Part shown: positions 1 through 9,524 of the stretch, piece by piece
How the letters are laid out: each line of letters starts with the position of its first letter
How positions within the stretch are numbered: the first letter of the stretch is position 1
IMG/VR virus record: IMGVR_UViG_3300012663_000706
Reading direction: 5' to 3' (one strand)
DNA: 64,000 bases
Origin: a virus
Lineage: Duplodnaviria > Heunggongvirae > Uroviricota > Caudoviricetes
Made by a program: the position numbers and the translations under genes
Notes under the pieces: generated by a model
What the model saw: the letters and a program-made list of their open reading frames with translations, nothing else
What the model was told of the DNA's origin: nothing
Database searches by the model: none

Positions 1-52
1 AAAATCCGAATGAAAGTATTTTCAATCGGATTCAAAAAAGTTATTAACAATT

Positions 53-412
53 CTATTTTATAGGATCTAGATCGATCCAGTTAGGGCCTGCAAGTATCAC
101 AAGAATCTCTTCATATGAGTAAGGTCCCTCTTTAGTTGTAAGAGCCTTAATGCTTTCTGGAATATAGAGTTCCGGTGTCAATTCTACGGGTGGTAGAGAT
201 TCTATTTGTGATATTTGTCCATTTTCATCTAGAGCTGGTATCATTAATGACGGATCAATAGAATTGGTAATCATCTTACCTTCCCATTTCACGAATGACT
301 TGGTTCCATCGTTAGATTTTCTAAGCGTTTCAGCTGAAGTTTGTAACACTTCATCGAAGTTAATTGAGTCAACTTCAGTAAGGCTAAAAATCATGTATTG
401 TCTATTTTCCAT
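53..412 (-). CDS. hypothetical protein (119 aa)
   Basis: ORF from the six-frame track, co-oriented with its neighbours. No recognisable motif. Confidence 0.4.
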   Translation of the reverse strand: MENRQYMIFSLTEVDSINFDEVLQTSAETLRKSNDGTKSFVKWEGKMITNSIDPSLMIPALDENGQISQIESLPPVELTPELYIPESIKALTTKEGPYSYEEILVILAGPNWIDLDPIK

Positions 413-423
413 ATTGTATTATT

Positions 424-2265
424 TTATAAGTTTGAGAAGTATTCTTGTTGAGTGTTATAATTTTGTTGGATTTGCGCATCAGTTAAGGCTGTCGAATAAA
501 CTTGAGCATTCCATATATGTCCGCCGAAAAGTTCATTTCCTGCTGTATATGCTCCAATGTACATGTCATCGAGTGTAAGAGAAGCCGGTGAATAAGGACT
601 AGAATTTTGAGCTACTAAATTACCATCGATATAAGCTCTTAGGCCAGTACTTGAAAATACTCCAGTAACCATATACCAAACATTATCATATATGGCACCT
701 CCACTTGCTGCATTTCCATTAGAATATATCCAAAGTGGAGAACCTTCTCCTCCATTTCTTCTCATACGGTAACCATTATTTTGTGCTTTAGACATATAAT
801 TACCTACACCGCTTCCAGTTCCATTGTGACGGATCCAAGCATTTATAGTAACGTTACCTGTAATATTAAGAGCTGCACTAGCAATACGAGCATAGTCATC
901 AACTCCATCAAAAAGAATAGAGTTAAAATAGTCAGGATTGCTAAAAACCGGTCCGTTTGTTAACGTCGCATGTGCAGCACTAACTGATGAATCATACCAC
1001 GTGGTATTTTGCGACCTTGATCCTGGGACAAATGGAGTTATTGCAGATTTTTGTTCGATTTGAATATTTGCAACATCTATTTTCATATCTCCGGTGCTTG
1101 GAAAGAAATATGAAATAAGGACATTGTGTGTTGGTGTAAAAGTAAAACTTCGTCTTACCCATTCTCCTTGTGCACCGGTGGTGGCATTAAAGTAAAATCC
1201 ATTAGCTCCAGCAGGACCCTGATAATTATAATGCTGAAATGCGATATATTGTCCAACTGCGCTAGGAGAGGCTGCTCTTACCCAAAATGAAGTTGTAACT
1301 GGAACTCCAATAGTTACAGCAGCATCTACACCATATGCCATACCGTCGGTTACTCCATCAGTTCTAAAAAAATGTAAACGCATACAGTCAGTTACTGGAT
1401 GTCCGTAAACATTAAACCCTCCTGATATAACCTCTTTAACTAAACCTGAATTAGGCTGGTGAGGATTCCCAAACCATTTTGTAGGAAAAGAAGAAGCATT
1501 TACTGCAACTCGCTGATCTAAATAGAATGTGTCATGCACTTTAAATCTTCCTGTTGTAGGATTTAAATATCCTTGCGATCCGTCTTGAGAACCATTATAA
1601 TCATGTAAACTAAATTGAGTATCTGATATTTTTTTAGCAAAATATTGTTGACCTGCGTTTACTCCGCCTCCTGTTGTTAAGGGATTAATCACATCAAAAG
1701 ACCTAATTTGATGAGCACTTACAGTTGTCACTATATTATTAGATACAGAAGCGATTGCAGGAATATCCCAATGTACGGCGCATCCATTATTTCCACAATA
1801 CTGATTTGTATTGTATGTTCCCCATCCGTTTCCAGTTGTAGGATATGAATTAACAGTTGGGCTAGGAATTAAATTTGTAGTTGGTTCACTATTAACAAAA
1901 CTAGAAACATTAGTAGCATCAAGGTTTAAAACTAAACCAGCTGTTACTATATTATCAATTGGTTCATTTAGAACGGTGTGCGCTGCTTGCCCTGCTGCCC
2001 AAGTTAATGCGGCGCTAGCACTGCCAACGTTAGCTCCTAAACTATTAAGTTTACCAAGTAATTGAGTATCGTCGGTTGCACGAAAAACACCAACAGGACT
2101 GTATATTGTATAGCCTCCAGCTGGTATTTCAGCTCCGTTATAGAAACTTGTCACTGAACTTGGCCCATCTCCGATATTATTCGGAGTTGTGTCAATTGCC
2201 CAATTACCTTTAAAGATAGAATTGGCTTCAGATCCTGTTTTGTTATATTTGAATTTATTCGGCAT
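424..2265 (-). CDS. tail fiber / receptor-binding protein paralog 1 (613 aa), predicted ConA-like/LamG lectin C-terminal region
   Basis: The N-terminal ~100 aa (MPNKFKYNKTGSEA.SIFKGNWAI...) is shared with the ORFs at 2287..4377 and 4521..5966. It contains a PFV.G.RSQNTTW motif and an LFDGVDDYA LamG-like motif. It sits at the edge of the tail region. Confidence 0.55.
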   Translation of the reverse strand: MPNKFKYNKTGSEANSIFKGNWAIDTTPNNIGDGPSSVTSFYNGAEIPAGGYTIYSPVGVFRATDDTQLLGKLNSLGANVGSASAALTWAAGQAAHTVLNEPIDNIVTAGLVLNLDATNVSSFVNSEPTTNLIPSPTVNSYPTTGNGWGTYNTNQYCGNNGCAVHWDIPAIASVSNNIVTTVSAHQIRSFDVINPLTTGGGVNAGQQYFAKKISDTQFSLHDYNGSQDGSQGYLNPTTGRFKVHDTFYLDQRVAVNASSFPTKWFGNPHQPNSGLVKEVISGGFNVYGHPVTDCMRLHFFRTDGVTDGMAYGVDAAVTIGVPVTTSFWVRAASPSAVGQYIAFQHYNYQGPAGANGFYFNATTGAQGEWVRRSFTFTPTHNVLISYFFPSTGDMKIDVANIQIEQKSAITPFVPGSRSQNTTWYDSSVSAAHATLTNGPVFSNPDYFNSILFDGVDDYARIASAALNITGNVTINAWIRHNGTGSGVGNYMSKAQNNGYRMRRNGGEGSPLWIYSNGNAASGGAIYDNVWYMVTGVFSSTGLRAYIDGNLVAQNSSPYSPASLTLDDMYIGAYTAGNELFGGHIWNAQVYSTALTDAQIQQNYNTQQEYFSNL

Positions 2266-2286
2266 TATAATATTTATTCATTATTT

Positions 2287-4377
2287 TTATATTCCAAATC
2301 TATTTCGTAGAGCCCTGAAATTTTGTACTACTTCATCTTGACTCATTGTGATAAAATTAACTTGAACGTTTGCAATACTACCGTTAAATGATGCTCCTGT
2401 CCAAGAACGACCAATTACATCTATTGCATTTGACGAACTTAATTGAGCATCTACAGTAGAATCAAATACTCCATCCACATATAAATTCATATTACCATTT
2501 CCAATATTTGCCCAAGTCAATAGATGCCATTTACCATCGTTTACTGTTTTGAGTCCTTGTGATGTCTGCCATGAACCGTTATAATGAGTATATCCAATAT
2601 GACCATTATAAACTTGAAGGTTTGAATAAACTGGTCCACTGTTTGAATTAGAAAGAATTCCACCTTCATTAAGACCTGTTGCTGATGTAGTTGTTTTAAT
2701 CCAGGCGTTAACAGTCCAGTTAACATTCTGGTTTAAGCTAAATGAATTAGTTGATCCTTCGATAAAAATAGCATCATCAGAACCATCAAATGTCCAATGA
2801 CCACTATTTCCAGTACTATACCCAACTCCATTTGTAAGAGTTGCATATTTAGAACCAGCTAAATTATATGCAGTAACCGATCCAGGTTCATAAGAAACTA
2901 AATTACCAGCGTCCCACATGTAAGTTAAACCACTTGTAACAATGGGACCACCATAGTAATTCTGATAAATTTCTGCAGCAGTTAGTGCCTTATTATAAAT
3001 TCTTGCTGTTTCAATATTACCATCAAAGTTATGAGTTCCATCAACTACCGTACCGCCATAAGTTCCAACGTAATAAGTTGCATCGGGTATGGTTCCATTT
3101 TGAGCCCATGAGTCGATCTGAACACCATTAACATATGCTCTAGCAGTTGTACCATCGTAAGTACCGACCAAATGGGACCATCTATTATCTGGAACACTTC
3201 CATTCCAATTGTAAAGTCTAGATGCGTTTGTTTGATTAGCCCAGTGCATTGCATGTGTAGTGCCATCAACTGAATTAATAATACCAAGATACATTGAGTT
3301 GCTAGCTGAAATCGCTCCACCTCTAATTGTACCGGCAACCGTACCTTTTATTGGTTTAATTAAAGATTCGCATGTAATTGCGGTTGTTGGTTTATTACTA
3401 AAAGTATTTAATACTGCATAGTCATCAACTCCATCAAAAGAAAGACCTCTGTTTGAATCTACAGTAACTCCATTTATTAAAGTTGCAGGATTATTATTAT
3501 TTGATAAATCTCGCCATGTTGTGTTTTGCGATCTTGTGCCATTTACAAAAGGAGTTAGAGTACTGCCTGCCTCGATTTGGGGCATTGTTACTTCCCAACT
3601 ATGGTTATCTCCATTCCATGTACCACCCCAAGAGATTAAGTAAAAATATACATTACCAGGTGCAGTAACATTTACTGTTACAGAAACTCTTTGCCAAACT
3701 CCTACTAAACTTTTATTTACGGCTGATGCAGTGTCTCCTGCGCCATAATTACTTATATAAACTGCGCCTCCAGTAACTGGTGCTGCATCTCCTATGTATT
3801 TTATCCATGCTGAGAATGTGTATATTCCGGCAGCACCTAAGTCAAAGTTTTGATATACACCGTTCCAAGAACCTCTATTACTCATTCTGTATCCTGTCGT
3901 ACCAAATTCGGTAATAAATGTTCCATCATTTCCATTACTATACCAAGCCCAACCTCCATTAAAAGTAGCTGCATTAGTAACTTTATTAATGATTGGTTGG
4001 TTATTGTTAAAACTAGAAACATGCGAAGCGTCGAGATTTAAAACTAGGCCGCTTGGCACTATATTATCAATTGGTCTATTTAGGACCATGTGTGTTGATT
4101 GCGCTGCTGCCCAAGTTAATGCTCCACTAGCCCCAGTTACGTTAGCACCTAAGCTATTAACTTTACCAACTAACTCAGTATCGTTATTTGCAATAAAAAC
4201 CCCATTAGGACTATATACTGCATAACCTCCGGCTGGAATATTAGCTCCATGGTAAAAACTTGTTGCTGAACTTGGTCCACCGCCTGTATTTGCTGGAGTA
4301 TTGTTAATTGCCCAGTTTCCTTTAAAGATAGAGTCTGCTTCGGATCCAGTCTTATTATATTTGAATTTATTTGGCAT
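2287..4377 (-). CDS. tail fiber / receptor-binding protein paralog 2 (696 aa)
   Basis: The N-terminal module is conserved with paralogs 1 and 3 at both protein and nucleotide level. It carries the SFDGVDDYA LamG-like motif and a divergent C-terminus. Confidence 0.55.
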   Translation of the reverse strand: MPNKFKYNKTGSEADSIFKGNWAINNTPANTGGGPSSATSFYHGANIPAGGYAVYSPNGVFIANNDTELVGKVNSLGANVTGASGALTWAAAQSTHMVLNRPIDNIVPSGLVLNLDASHVSSFNNNQPIINKVTNAATFNGGWAWYSNGNDGTFITEFGTTGYRMSNRGSWNGVYQNFDLGAAGIYTFSAWIKYIGDAAPVTGGAVYISNYGAGDTASAVNKSLVGVWQRVSVTVNVTAPGNVYFYLISWGGTWNGDNHSWEVTMPQIEAGSTLTPFVNGTRSQNTTWRDLSNNNNPATLINGVTVDSNRGLSFDGVDDYAVLNTFSNKPTTAITCESLIKPIKGTVAGTIRGGAISASNSMYLGIINSVDGTTHAMHWANQTNASRLYNWNGSVPDNRWSHLVGTYDGTTARAYVNGVQIDSWAQNGTIPDATYYVGTYGGTVVDGTHNFDGNIETARIYNKALTAAEIYQNYYGGPIVTSGLTYMWDAGNLVSYEPGSVTAYNLAGSKYATLTNGVGYSTGNSGHWTFDGSDDAIFIEGSTNSFSLNQNVNWTVNAWIKTTTSATGLNEGGILSNSNSGPVYSNLQVYNGHIGYTHYNGSWQTSQGLKTVNDGKWHLLTWANIGNGNMNLYVDGVFDSTVDAQLSSSNAIDVIGRSWTGASFNGSIANVQVNFITMSQDEVVQNFRALRNRFGI

Positions 4378-4519
4378 TATATTTCTTAACTATTATTAAA
4401 TAATAAAAAGATGTAGCATCTTCTTCGGTATCAAAATACTCTTTAATATCACTTCCATCTTCGTTGTACTCGACCCACCATTGTGAACCATTAAAATCCA
4501 TATTTATAAATGTTTTCAT
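4367..4519 (-). CDS. small acidic protein (~50 aa; the track ORF 4367..4549 starts earlier)
   Basis: The MKTF... start lies 1 nt after the fiber paralog 3 stop, and the ORF ends 6 nt before the paralog 2 start. It is tightly packed between the fiber genes and could be a fiber chaperone. Confidence 0.35.
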   Translation of the reverse strand: MKTFINMDFNGSQWWVEYNEDGSDIKEYFDTEEDATSFYYLIIVKKYNAK

Positions 4520-4520
4520 A

Positions 4521-5966
4521 TTATAATCCGTATGTTGATTTAGTTGCATTAAAGTTTTGTAGTATTTCTGCGTCTGATAACATTTTATTATAACACATAA
4601 CCATTCCTATTGCTCCTTGTTGTACAGCACCCGCATATCCAGTACCGATTATAATCGCATCAGCAGGAACAATAGGATTGTTACTTCTACAAGAATAATT
4701 ATTAGTCCATGTGCCTCCATTTTTACTATAAAATCCAGTTCTGCAAGGTGATCCTTTACCAGTAGACATTTTTATACCCATCATAGTCCAACCAATATCA
4801 ACAGCTGGTGTAGAAGCATAATCATAATCACCCTGTCTACTATACCAACTAAGTTCTGTTCCTGCTTCCCAAGTAACCGCAATTTCTTGTTCATATGATT
4901 GAGCTACTGTTCCGTTTTTCTGAAATATGGTTCTTCTACTAAAATGGGGTGCAACATTATTATAAATCCACATTATTATTGTACAATCACCTGCTAAATC
5001 AACTAAATTAAAATTACTAGTACAAGCCCAATAACCACTATCATTAAATTGAAATGCTGAAGCGCCGCCAAGCGTGGTAAAAGGCGTTTGAGAACCATAC
5101 GAATTAAATGTTAATCCATTTTTTGATGTATCGGACCATACTGTACTTTGTGTTCTTGTGCCATTCACGAATGCCGTAACAGAAGATCCTATCTCTACTT
5201 GAGGATTAAATAAAGTTACTTCTCCTCTTGTTGAAAGATTAATATCTAAGAAATAATAGGGACCATCATAAGTTGCACGCGATGCATAACCTCCTAATCT
5301 TCCTGATGGACTTGTTGAAGAACTAGCACCTGTTATTCCAACATCACACCAGTCAATTGATAAACTTCCATATAAATTTTCAAAATAAACACTACTTGCA
5401 TAAGTTGTTCCGGCTATAAGATCAGCTTGGTTGGTATATACCCTAATAGTACTACCTCCATTGCCATTATTTACAAATCTAAATTTACCTCCTCCTAAGT
5501 CTGTTTTAGTACAGTTTCCATAAATATCTCCGGCACCGCTTATTAAATTATAAGCTCCGGCACTATATAGTAAATTTACGATTGGTTGACTATCAACAAA
5601 ACTAGAAATATTCGAAGGATCAAGATGTAAAGATAAGCTGTCTGTGACTATATTTGGAAAATCCTTATTTAAGACAACACAGTTAGGTTGACTTTTTAAC
5701 CACTGTAATGCAGCATTAACGCTACCAGTATCTCCACCTAGTTGGGCAACTTTACCAAGTAATTGAGTATCGTTTGCTGCCGTAAAAACTGTACCGTTGT
5801 TGTATATTGCATATCCTCCGGCTGGTACGTTGGCACCATGATAAAAACTTGTTACTGAACTTGGGCCGCCACCTGAATTTACCGGAGTATTGTTAATTGC
5901 CCAATTACCTTTAAAGATAGAGTCTGCTTCGGATCCTAGTTTATTGTATTTAAATTTGTTTGCCAC
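4521..5966 (-). CDS. tail fiber / receptor-binding protein paralog 3 (481 aa), apparent GTG start
   Basis: Shares the conserved N-terminal module (MANKFKYNKLGSEADSIFKGNWAINNTP...) with paralogs 1 and 2. It carries the FVNGTRTQSTVW motif. The start codon reads GTG. Confidence 0.55.
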   Translation of the reverse strand: MANKFKYNKLGSEADSIFKGNWAINNTPVNSGGGPSSVTSFYHGANVPAGGYAIYNNGTVFTAANDTQLLGKVAQLGGDTGSVNAALQWLKSQPNCVVLNKDFPNIVTDSLSLHLDPSNISSFVDSQPIVNLLYSAGAYNLISGAGDIYGNCTKTDLGGGKFRFVNNGNGGSTIRVYTNQADLIAGTTYASSVYFENLYGSLSIDWCDVGITGASSSTSPSGRLGGYASRATYDGPYYFLDINLSTRGEVTLFNPQVEIGSSVTAFVNGTRTQSTVWSDTSKNGLTFNSYGSQTPFTTLGGASAFQFNDSGYWACTSNFNLVDLAGDCTIIMWIYNNVAPHFSRRTIFQKNGTVAQSYEQEIAVTWEAGTELSWYSRQGDYDYASTPAVDIGWTMMGIKMSTGKGSPCRTGFYSKNGGTWTNNYSCRSNNPIVPADAIIIGTGYAGAVQQGAIGMVMCYNKMLSDAEILQNFNATKSTYGL

Positions 5967-5985
5967 TACAGTCCAAATCTATTTT

Positions 5986-5997
5986 TTTTATATATTC
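5986..5997 (-). promoter_or_regulatory. late-promoter-like ATATATAA element upstream of tail fiber paralog 3
   Basis: In gene sense the sequence is GAATATATAAAA, about 29 nt upstream of the start. The same core recurs upstream of many structural genes. Confidence 0.4.
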
Positions 5998-6006
5998 ATT
6001 TTACAG

Positions 6007-6037
6007 AAAAAATCCCTGTGTATTGCTACACAGGGAT
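6007..6037 (-). terminator. rho-independent terminator after the SPFH gene
   Basis: Perfect 11-bp stem ATCCCTGTGTA / TACACAGGGAT with a 4-nt loop, followed on the minus strand by TTTTTTCTG. Confidence 0.7.
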
Positions 6038-6063
6038 CTTAAATTGTTGGTTATTTATGGCTT

Positions 6064-6987
6064 TTATTTAATACCGATCATGGAATTTGTTTTATCGCCT
6101 AACATTGTTTCAGGTAACTTACCATTCCATTTGTTAATCCATTCTAATTGTAACAACATAGGTGTAATAGTTTTCTGCTTTAAACTGTTCGCTTCAGCTT
6201 CTGCTTTTGCTGCAGTTAACATTGCTTCAGCATTACCATTTGCGGTGGCTACTTTGATTTTGGCCTGAGCTTCTGCAGTTTTAACTTGATTTTCGGCTTG
6301 TAATGCTGCTTGTACTGCATTGTTTTTAGCTTCAATAGATTTCTTAAATGTTTCTGGATAAATTAGATTCGATGTGAATTGATTAATAATAAATCCTTCT
6401 TGTAGTAATTGTCCTTCTAATAGTCTACGTACTTCTACTTCAAAAACTGCTCGGTTTGAGATTAGTTCGTCGGCTGTATATTTATTAGTTGCCAAACGGA
6501 ATGCATCATAAACTGCGGTCTTTAAGAAACCTTCTTCGATTTCTGGTAAGGATCTACGATACTTTGCAAAGATTGCAGGTACCTTTTCACGTTGAACTGA
6601 ATAGTTCATGATTGGTGAAACTTGGAACTCTGAACCATCTTTAGAGTTTACAATAAATGAATTGTCAACATCTTCAGTTTTCTTGTACTCTTTGTGTTGG
6701 ATATAAGTAGGGAATTCATAGATCTTTGTAGTGATAGGATTATAGAATACCATACCAGTACATTCTGTCACATCGTCAACTCCTTTTCCACTTCCATACA
6801 AATTAACTTTTACTCCGACATGTCCAGCGTCAATACGCTCACATGATTGAAACACTACTACTAAAGCGATAAACGCTACGACTCCGATTAGGATTTTCTT
6901 TACCATTTGTTTTATTTTTAATTGTTTATTTATTTTTTCTTGTTCTCTTTGTTCTTGCTGGATTTCCCAGTAGCTTTTTTCTGACAT
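6064..6987 (-). CDS. SPFH/band-7 (prohibitin/HflKC-like) membrane protein; true start probably the internal Met near 6906
   Basis: N-terminal TM segment (ILIGVVAFIALVVVF), then an SPFH-like core and an Ala/Glu/Lys-rich coiled-coil tail (AKNNAVQAALQAENQVKTAEAQAKIKVATANGNAEAMLTAAKAEAEAN). This architecture is typical of the family. Confidence 0.65.
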   Translation of the reverse strand: MSEKSYWEIQQEQREQEKINKQLKIKQMVKKILIGVVAFIALVVVFQSCERIDAGHVGVKVNLYGSGKGVDDVTECTGMVFYNPITTKIYEFPTYIQHKEYKKTEDVDNSFIVNSKDGSEFQVSPIMNYSVQREKVPAIFAKYRRSLPEIEEGFLKTAVYDAFRLATNKYTADELISNRAVFEVEVRRLLEGQLLQEGFIINQFTSNLIYPETFKKSIEAKNNAVQAALQAENQVKTAEAQAKIKVATANGNAEAMLTAAKAEAEANSLKQKTITPMLLQLEWINKWNGKLPETMLGDKTNSMIGIK

Positions 6988-7202
6988 TCTTCTGATGATT
7001 TTAATTGATTATACGATTTTATACTTAAAGATACTACGATCCAACCGACTAGAAATGCGCCAGCAAAGGCAATAACCGGTCCAAAATATGCTAGATCAGA
7101 TTCTAAATTCATGACTGTTGCCACAAAGTTAAAAAATGGAATTAACAATGTTAATGTTGCAACTATTGCAAGGATATTAAAAACTATTTTTCTGTGATTC
7201 AT
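6930..7202 (-). CDS. holin-like small membrane protein (90 aa; two TM helices, Lys-rich C-terminus)
   Basis: Two hydrophobic helices followed by a highly basic tail (KKATGKSSKNKENKKK). The holin assignment rests on topology only. Confidence 0.4.
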   Translation of the reverse strand: MNHRKIVFNILAIVATLTLLIPFFNFVATVMNLESDLAYFGPVIAFAGAFLVGWIVVSLSIKSYNQLKSSEECQKKATGKSSKNKENKKK

Positions 7203-7244
7203 ATTAATTAGATTTGTAGATTATATGATAAAAATGGGAATTGT

Positions 7245-7649
7245 TTATTCCCATGCTGCGATTAGACCTTGATCTGCTGCTTCAGTTTGGCGCATCATCA
7301 TTATTTCTGCACCCAACTCAGTGTAGACTGGATATTCCCAAAACATTTTGATCTGGTCGTTCCAAGATGTGTTTCCAATGAAACTACCTTCCTCTTCATT
7401 ATAAAGAGAAACGCATTGGTCAGGATTTGCAATACGAATCGGCTCAGCAAAGGCTTGAGCTTGAGTGAAAGTGACATTCTCTAATGTCCATTCCTCCATA
7501 TGTATTTTGACTAGACCATCAAAAAACTCTGGATTGTCATAGTAATTATCAGAACCAGTCTGTTTAAGATATTCTGCTCCGATTTGAGTATACTGTTCAG
7601 ATGAAGGACTTAAATAGATTTTAACTTGTTTTTGAATTGAATTCATCAT
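7245..7649 (-). CDS. hypothetical protein (134 aa)
   Basis: ORF only. It is preceded by the early-type repeat motif at 7671..7688. Confidence 0.4.
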   Translation of the reverse strand: MMNSIQKQVKIYLSPSSEQYTQIGAEYLKQTGSDNYYDNPEFFDGLVKIHMEEWTLENVTFTQAQAFAEPIRIANPDQCVSLYNEEEGSFIGNTSWNDQIKMFWEYPVYTELGAEIMMMRQTEAADQGLIAAWE

Positions 7650-7670
7650 AATGTATCTTTGTTAATTTGT

Positions 7671-7688
7671 TATATGTAAATATAAACA
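7671..7688 (-). promoter_or_regulatory. conserved early/middle-type upstream motif (TATATGTAAATATAAACA family)
   Basis: Shares its core with the 44-bp repeats at 27724..27767 and 58487..58530 and with the copy at 11181..11217. All copies sit 25-45 nt upstream of minus-strand starts. Confidence 0.4.
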
Positions 7689-7747
7689 TAATTTTTCAAA
7701 CCCGAAACATTTTAGTGAATTATTTTCAAAAAGTTATTAACATTTTT

Positions 7748-8470
7748 CTAGTGGACTGTGTTTTCAACTCGGCGGTCCCATCCGATATGTTTGACATAAC
7801 CATCTTGGTCGTTCATTGTCATTGAAACAAATCGGTAGCCTAAATCTCTATAGTACTTATCAACCCAATGTTCTTTTCCAAATTGGCTATAACCACCAGA
7901 ACCCAGTTTAAAGTAATCTTTCATTCTCTTAAGACCTGGATTATATGAGAAACCAGCATAATTAATTACTGTTTCCTTCTCTCCATTCTCTAAAACTTGG
8001 CCAGTGTAGAAACTAGCAGGAACAACACTACGAAATGGAATACCATTCTCAGTATAAAATACTTCCGGATAGATGGCATTTAAGATTCCATCGGATTTTG
8101 GTCGAATCCATGCTTGCAAGATTTCTGGTCTAGATTCTAAAAGAGCCATTGATTTTTCAATGAATCCACCAGCATAGAATTCCCAATCATCTTCACAATG
8201 GAATACGTATGGTGTTGTAATTTGAGAATAAGCTTGGTCAATTGTTTTACTTTGACCAAGCTTAGTTTTATTAAATATAAATTCTAGCATTCCGCCATAT
8301 TTTTTATTTAACTCTTTACATTGTTTCCAGATTTTAGGATCTGCTGAATCTTCAGTTATGATATATCTCTCAATTGGACATTGATTAAATTTCAAGAAGC
8401 TATCAATAGTTCTTTCTAAAAGGTCTAGTCGACCGCAACTTGTAATTAAAAATGTTACCATATTATCCAT
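7748..8470 (-). CDS. putative GT-A-fold glycosyltransferase-like protein (240 aa)
   Basis: N-terminal FLITSCGRLDLLERTIDS resembles GT2 nucleotide-binding starts. CEDDWEF is a DxD-like acidic motif. The call is weak. Confidence 0.3.
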   Translation of the reverse strand: MDNMVTFLITSCGRLDLLERTIDSFLKFNQCPIERYIITEDSADPKIWKQCKELNKKYGGMLEFIFNKTKLGQSKTIDQAYSQITTPYVFHCEDDWEFYAGGFIEKSMALLESRPEILQAWIRPKSDGILNAIYPEVFYTENGIPFRSVVPASFYTGQVLENGEKETVINYAGFSYNPGLKRMKDYFKLGSGGYSQFGKEHWVDKYYRDLGYRFVSMTMNDQDGYVKHIGWDRRVENTVH

Positions 8471-9503
8471 TTAGAGGTTCAGATCCATGCAGTCCAAAAC
8501 CTACTTTTTTATTTTTACTCTTGATTCTTGGTTTAATTTTAAAACCATTTAATCTTTCGATAGTTTCATCGAACGTGTTATCTAAAGTCATGACTGAAAT
8601 TACCAATTCTCTCATGTGAGCAAGAGACATACCTTCGCTTTTTTCAACCCATTCCGAAAGATTAACTTTCTTAATATCGTCTTTGGTTAATTTATTACGC
8701 AAATAAGATTCTCTAACTTCGGCAGTTGGCATCTCAACTTCATATCTTCTGTCAAAACGAGATGGGCGGTTTGAGATTCTCTCCTCTAACTTCTCTGGGT
8801 AATTCGTTGTTGCAATATAAACAATATTATCGATTTGCTTAACACCATCCAGGATGTTTAGAATTAACGAGGTATTGTATCTCTCTTCACCTGCAATAGA
8901 ATCAATATCCTCTAAGATAACAATGATTGGTCTATTTGGCTCGATTAATCGAATTGAATCAATAAACTCTGTATATTTCTCAATTGCGTCAGCATTCGTG
9001 ATATTAATTACAATACCATTCATGTTTTTAATCAAGTGATTTGTACAAAGCTGAATGATTCCAGATTTACCGCAACCTGGCTCTCCATATAATAAGATTC
9101 CTCTCTTGTGTACAAAGTTATATTGTTTGTACTTTTCAGCATTTGCCCAGAATTTGCTAATATCTTCAATGATGTCTGTAATTTCCTTTGAAGGTAATTC
9201 ATACAACTCATCGCTATTTACTGGCTTATGAACCATGATTGGAGAACCGATCGAGTGGTCATATTTAATTTCATAAAAACCAGCTGGCAACTTTGCAGTT
9301 GTTGGAAAACTTGGACCATACTTGCCATTTCCTAAAATTGACCATTGAGTATAACCTTTCTCTAATTCTTTCTTCTCTTCCTTTTCTTGTTCTGATTCTC
9401 TTTCATACTTAAGCATTTCAAGAGCAACTTCAGCATCTGTTATTTCATCATCGTGGTCTTCCACATCATTGATTGATTTCATTGAATTTTCTTTTATGTT
9501 CAT
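8463..9503 (-). CDS. AAA+ ATPase (346 aa) with an acidic N-terminal extension
   Basis: Walker A GEPGCGKS, Walker B IVILEDIDS, sensor-1 ATTNYPEKL and arginine-finger region SRFDRR. Confidence 0.8.
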   Translation of the reverse strand: MNIKENSMKSINDVEDHDDEITDAEVALEMLKYERESEQEKEEKKELEKGYTQWSILGNGKYGPSFPTTAKLPAGFYEIKYDHSIGSPIMVHKPVNSDELYELPSKEITDIIEDISKFWANAEKYKQYNFVHKRGILLYGEPGCGKSGIIQLCTNHLIKNMNGIVINITNADAIEKYTEFIDSIRLIEPNRPIIVILEDIDSIAGEERYNTSLILNILDGVKQIDNIVYIATTNYPEKLEERISNRPSRFDRRYEVEMPTAEVRESYLRNKLTKDDIKKVNLSEWVEKSEGMSLAHMRELVISVMTLDNTFDETIERLNGFKIKPRIKSKNKKVGFGLHGSEPLNG

Positions 9504-9524
9504 ATTAAGTTATCTACAGTTATA

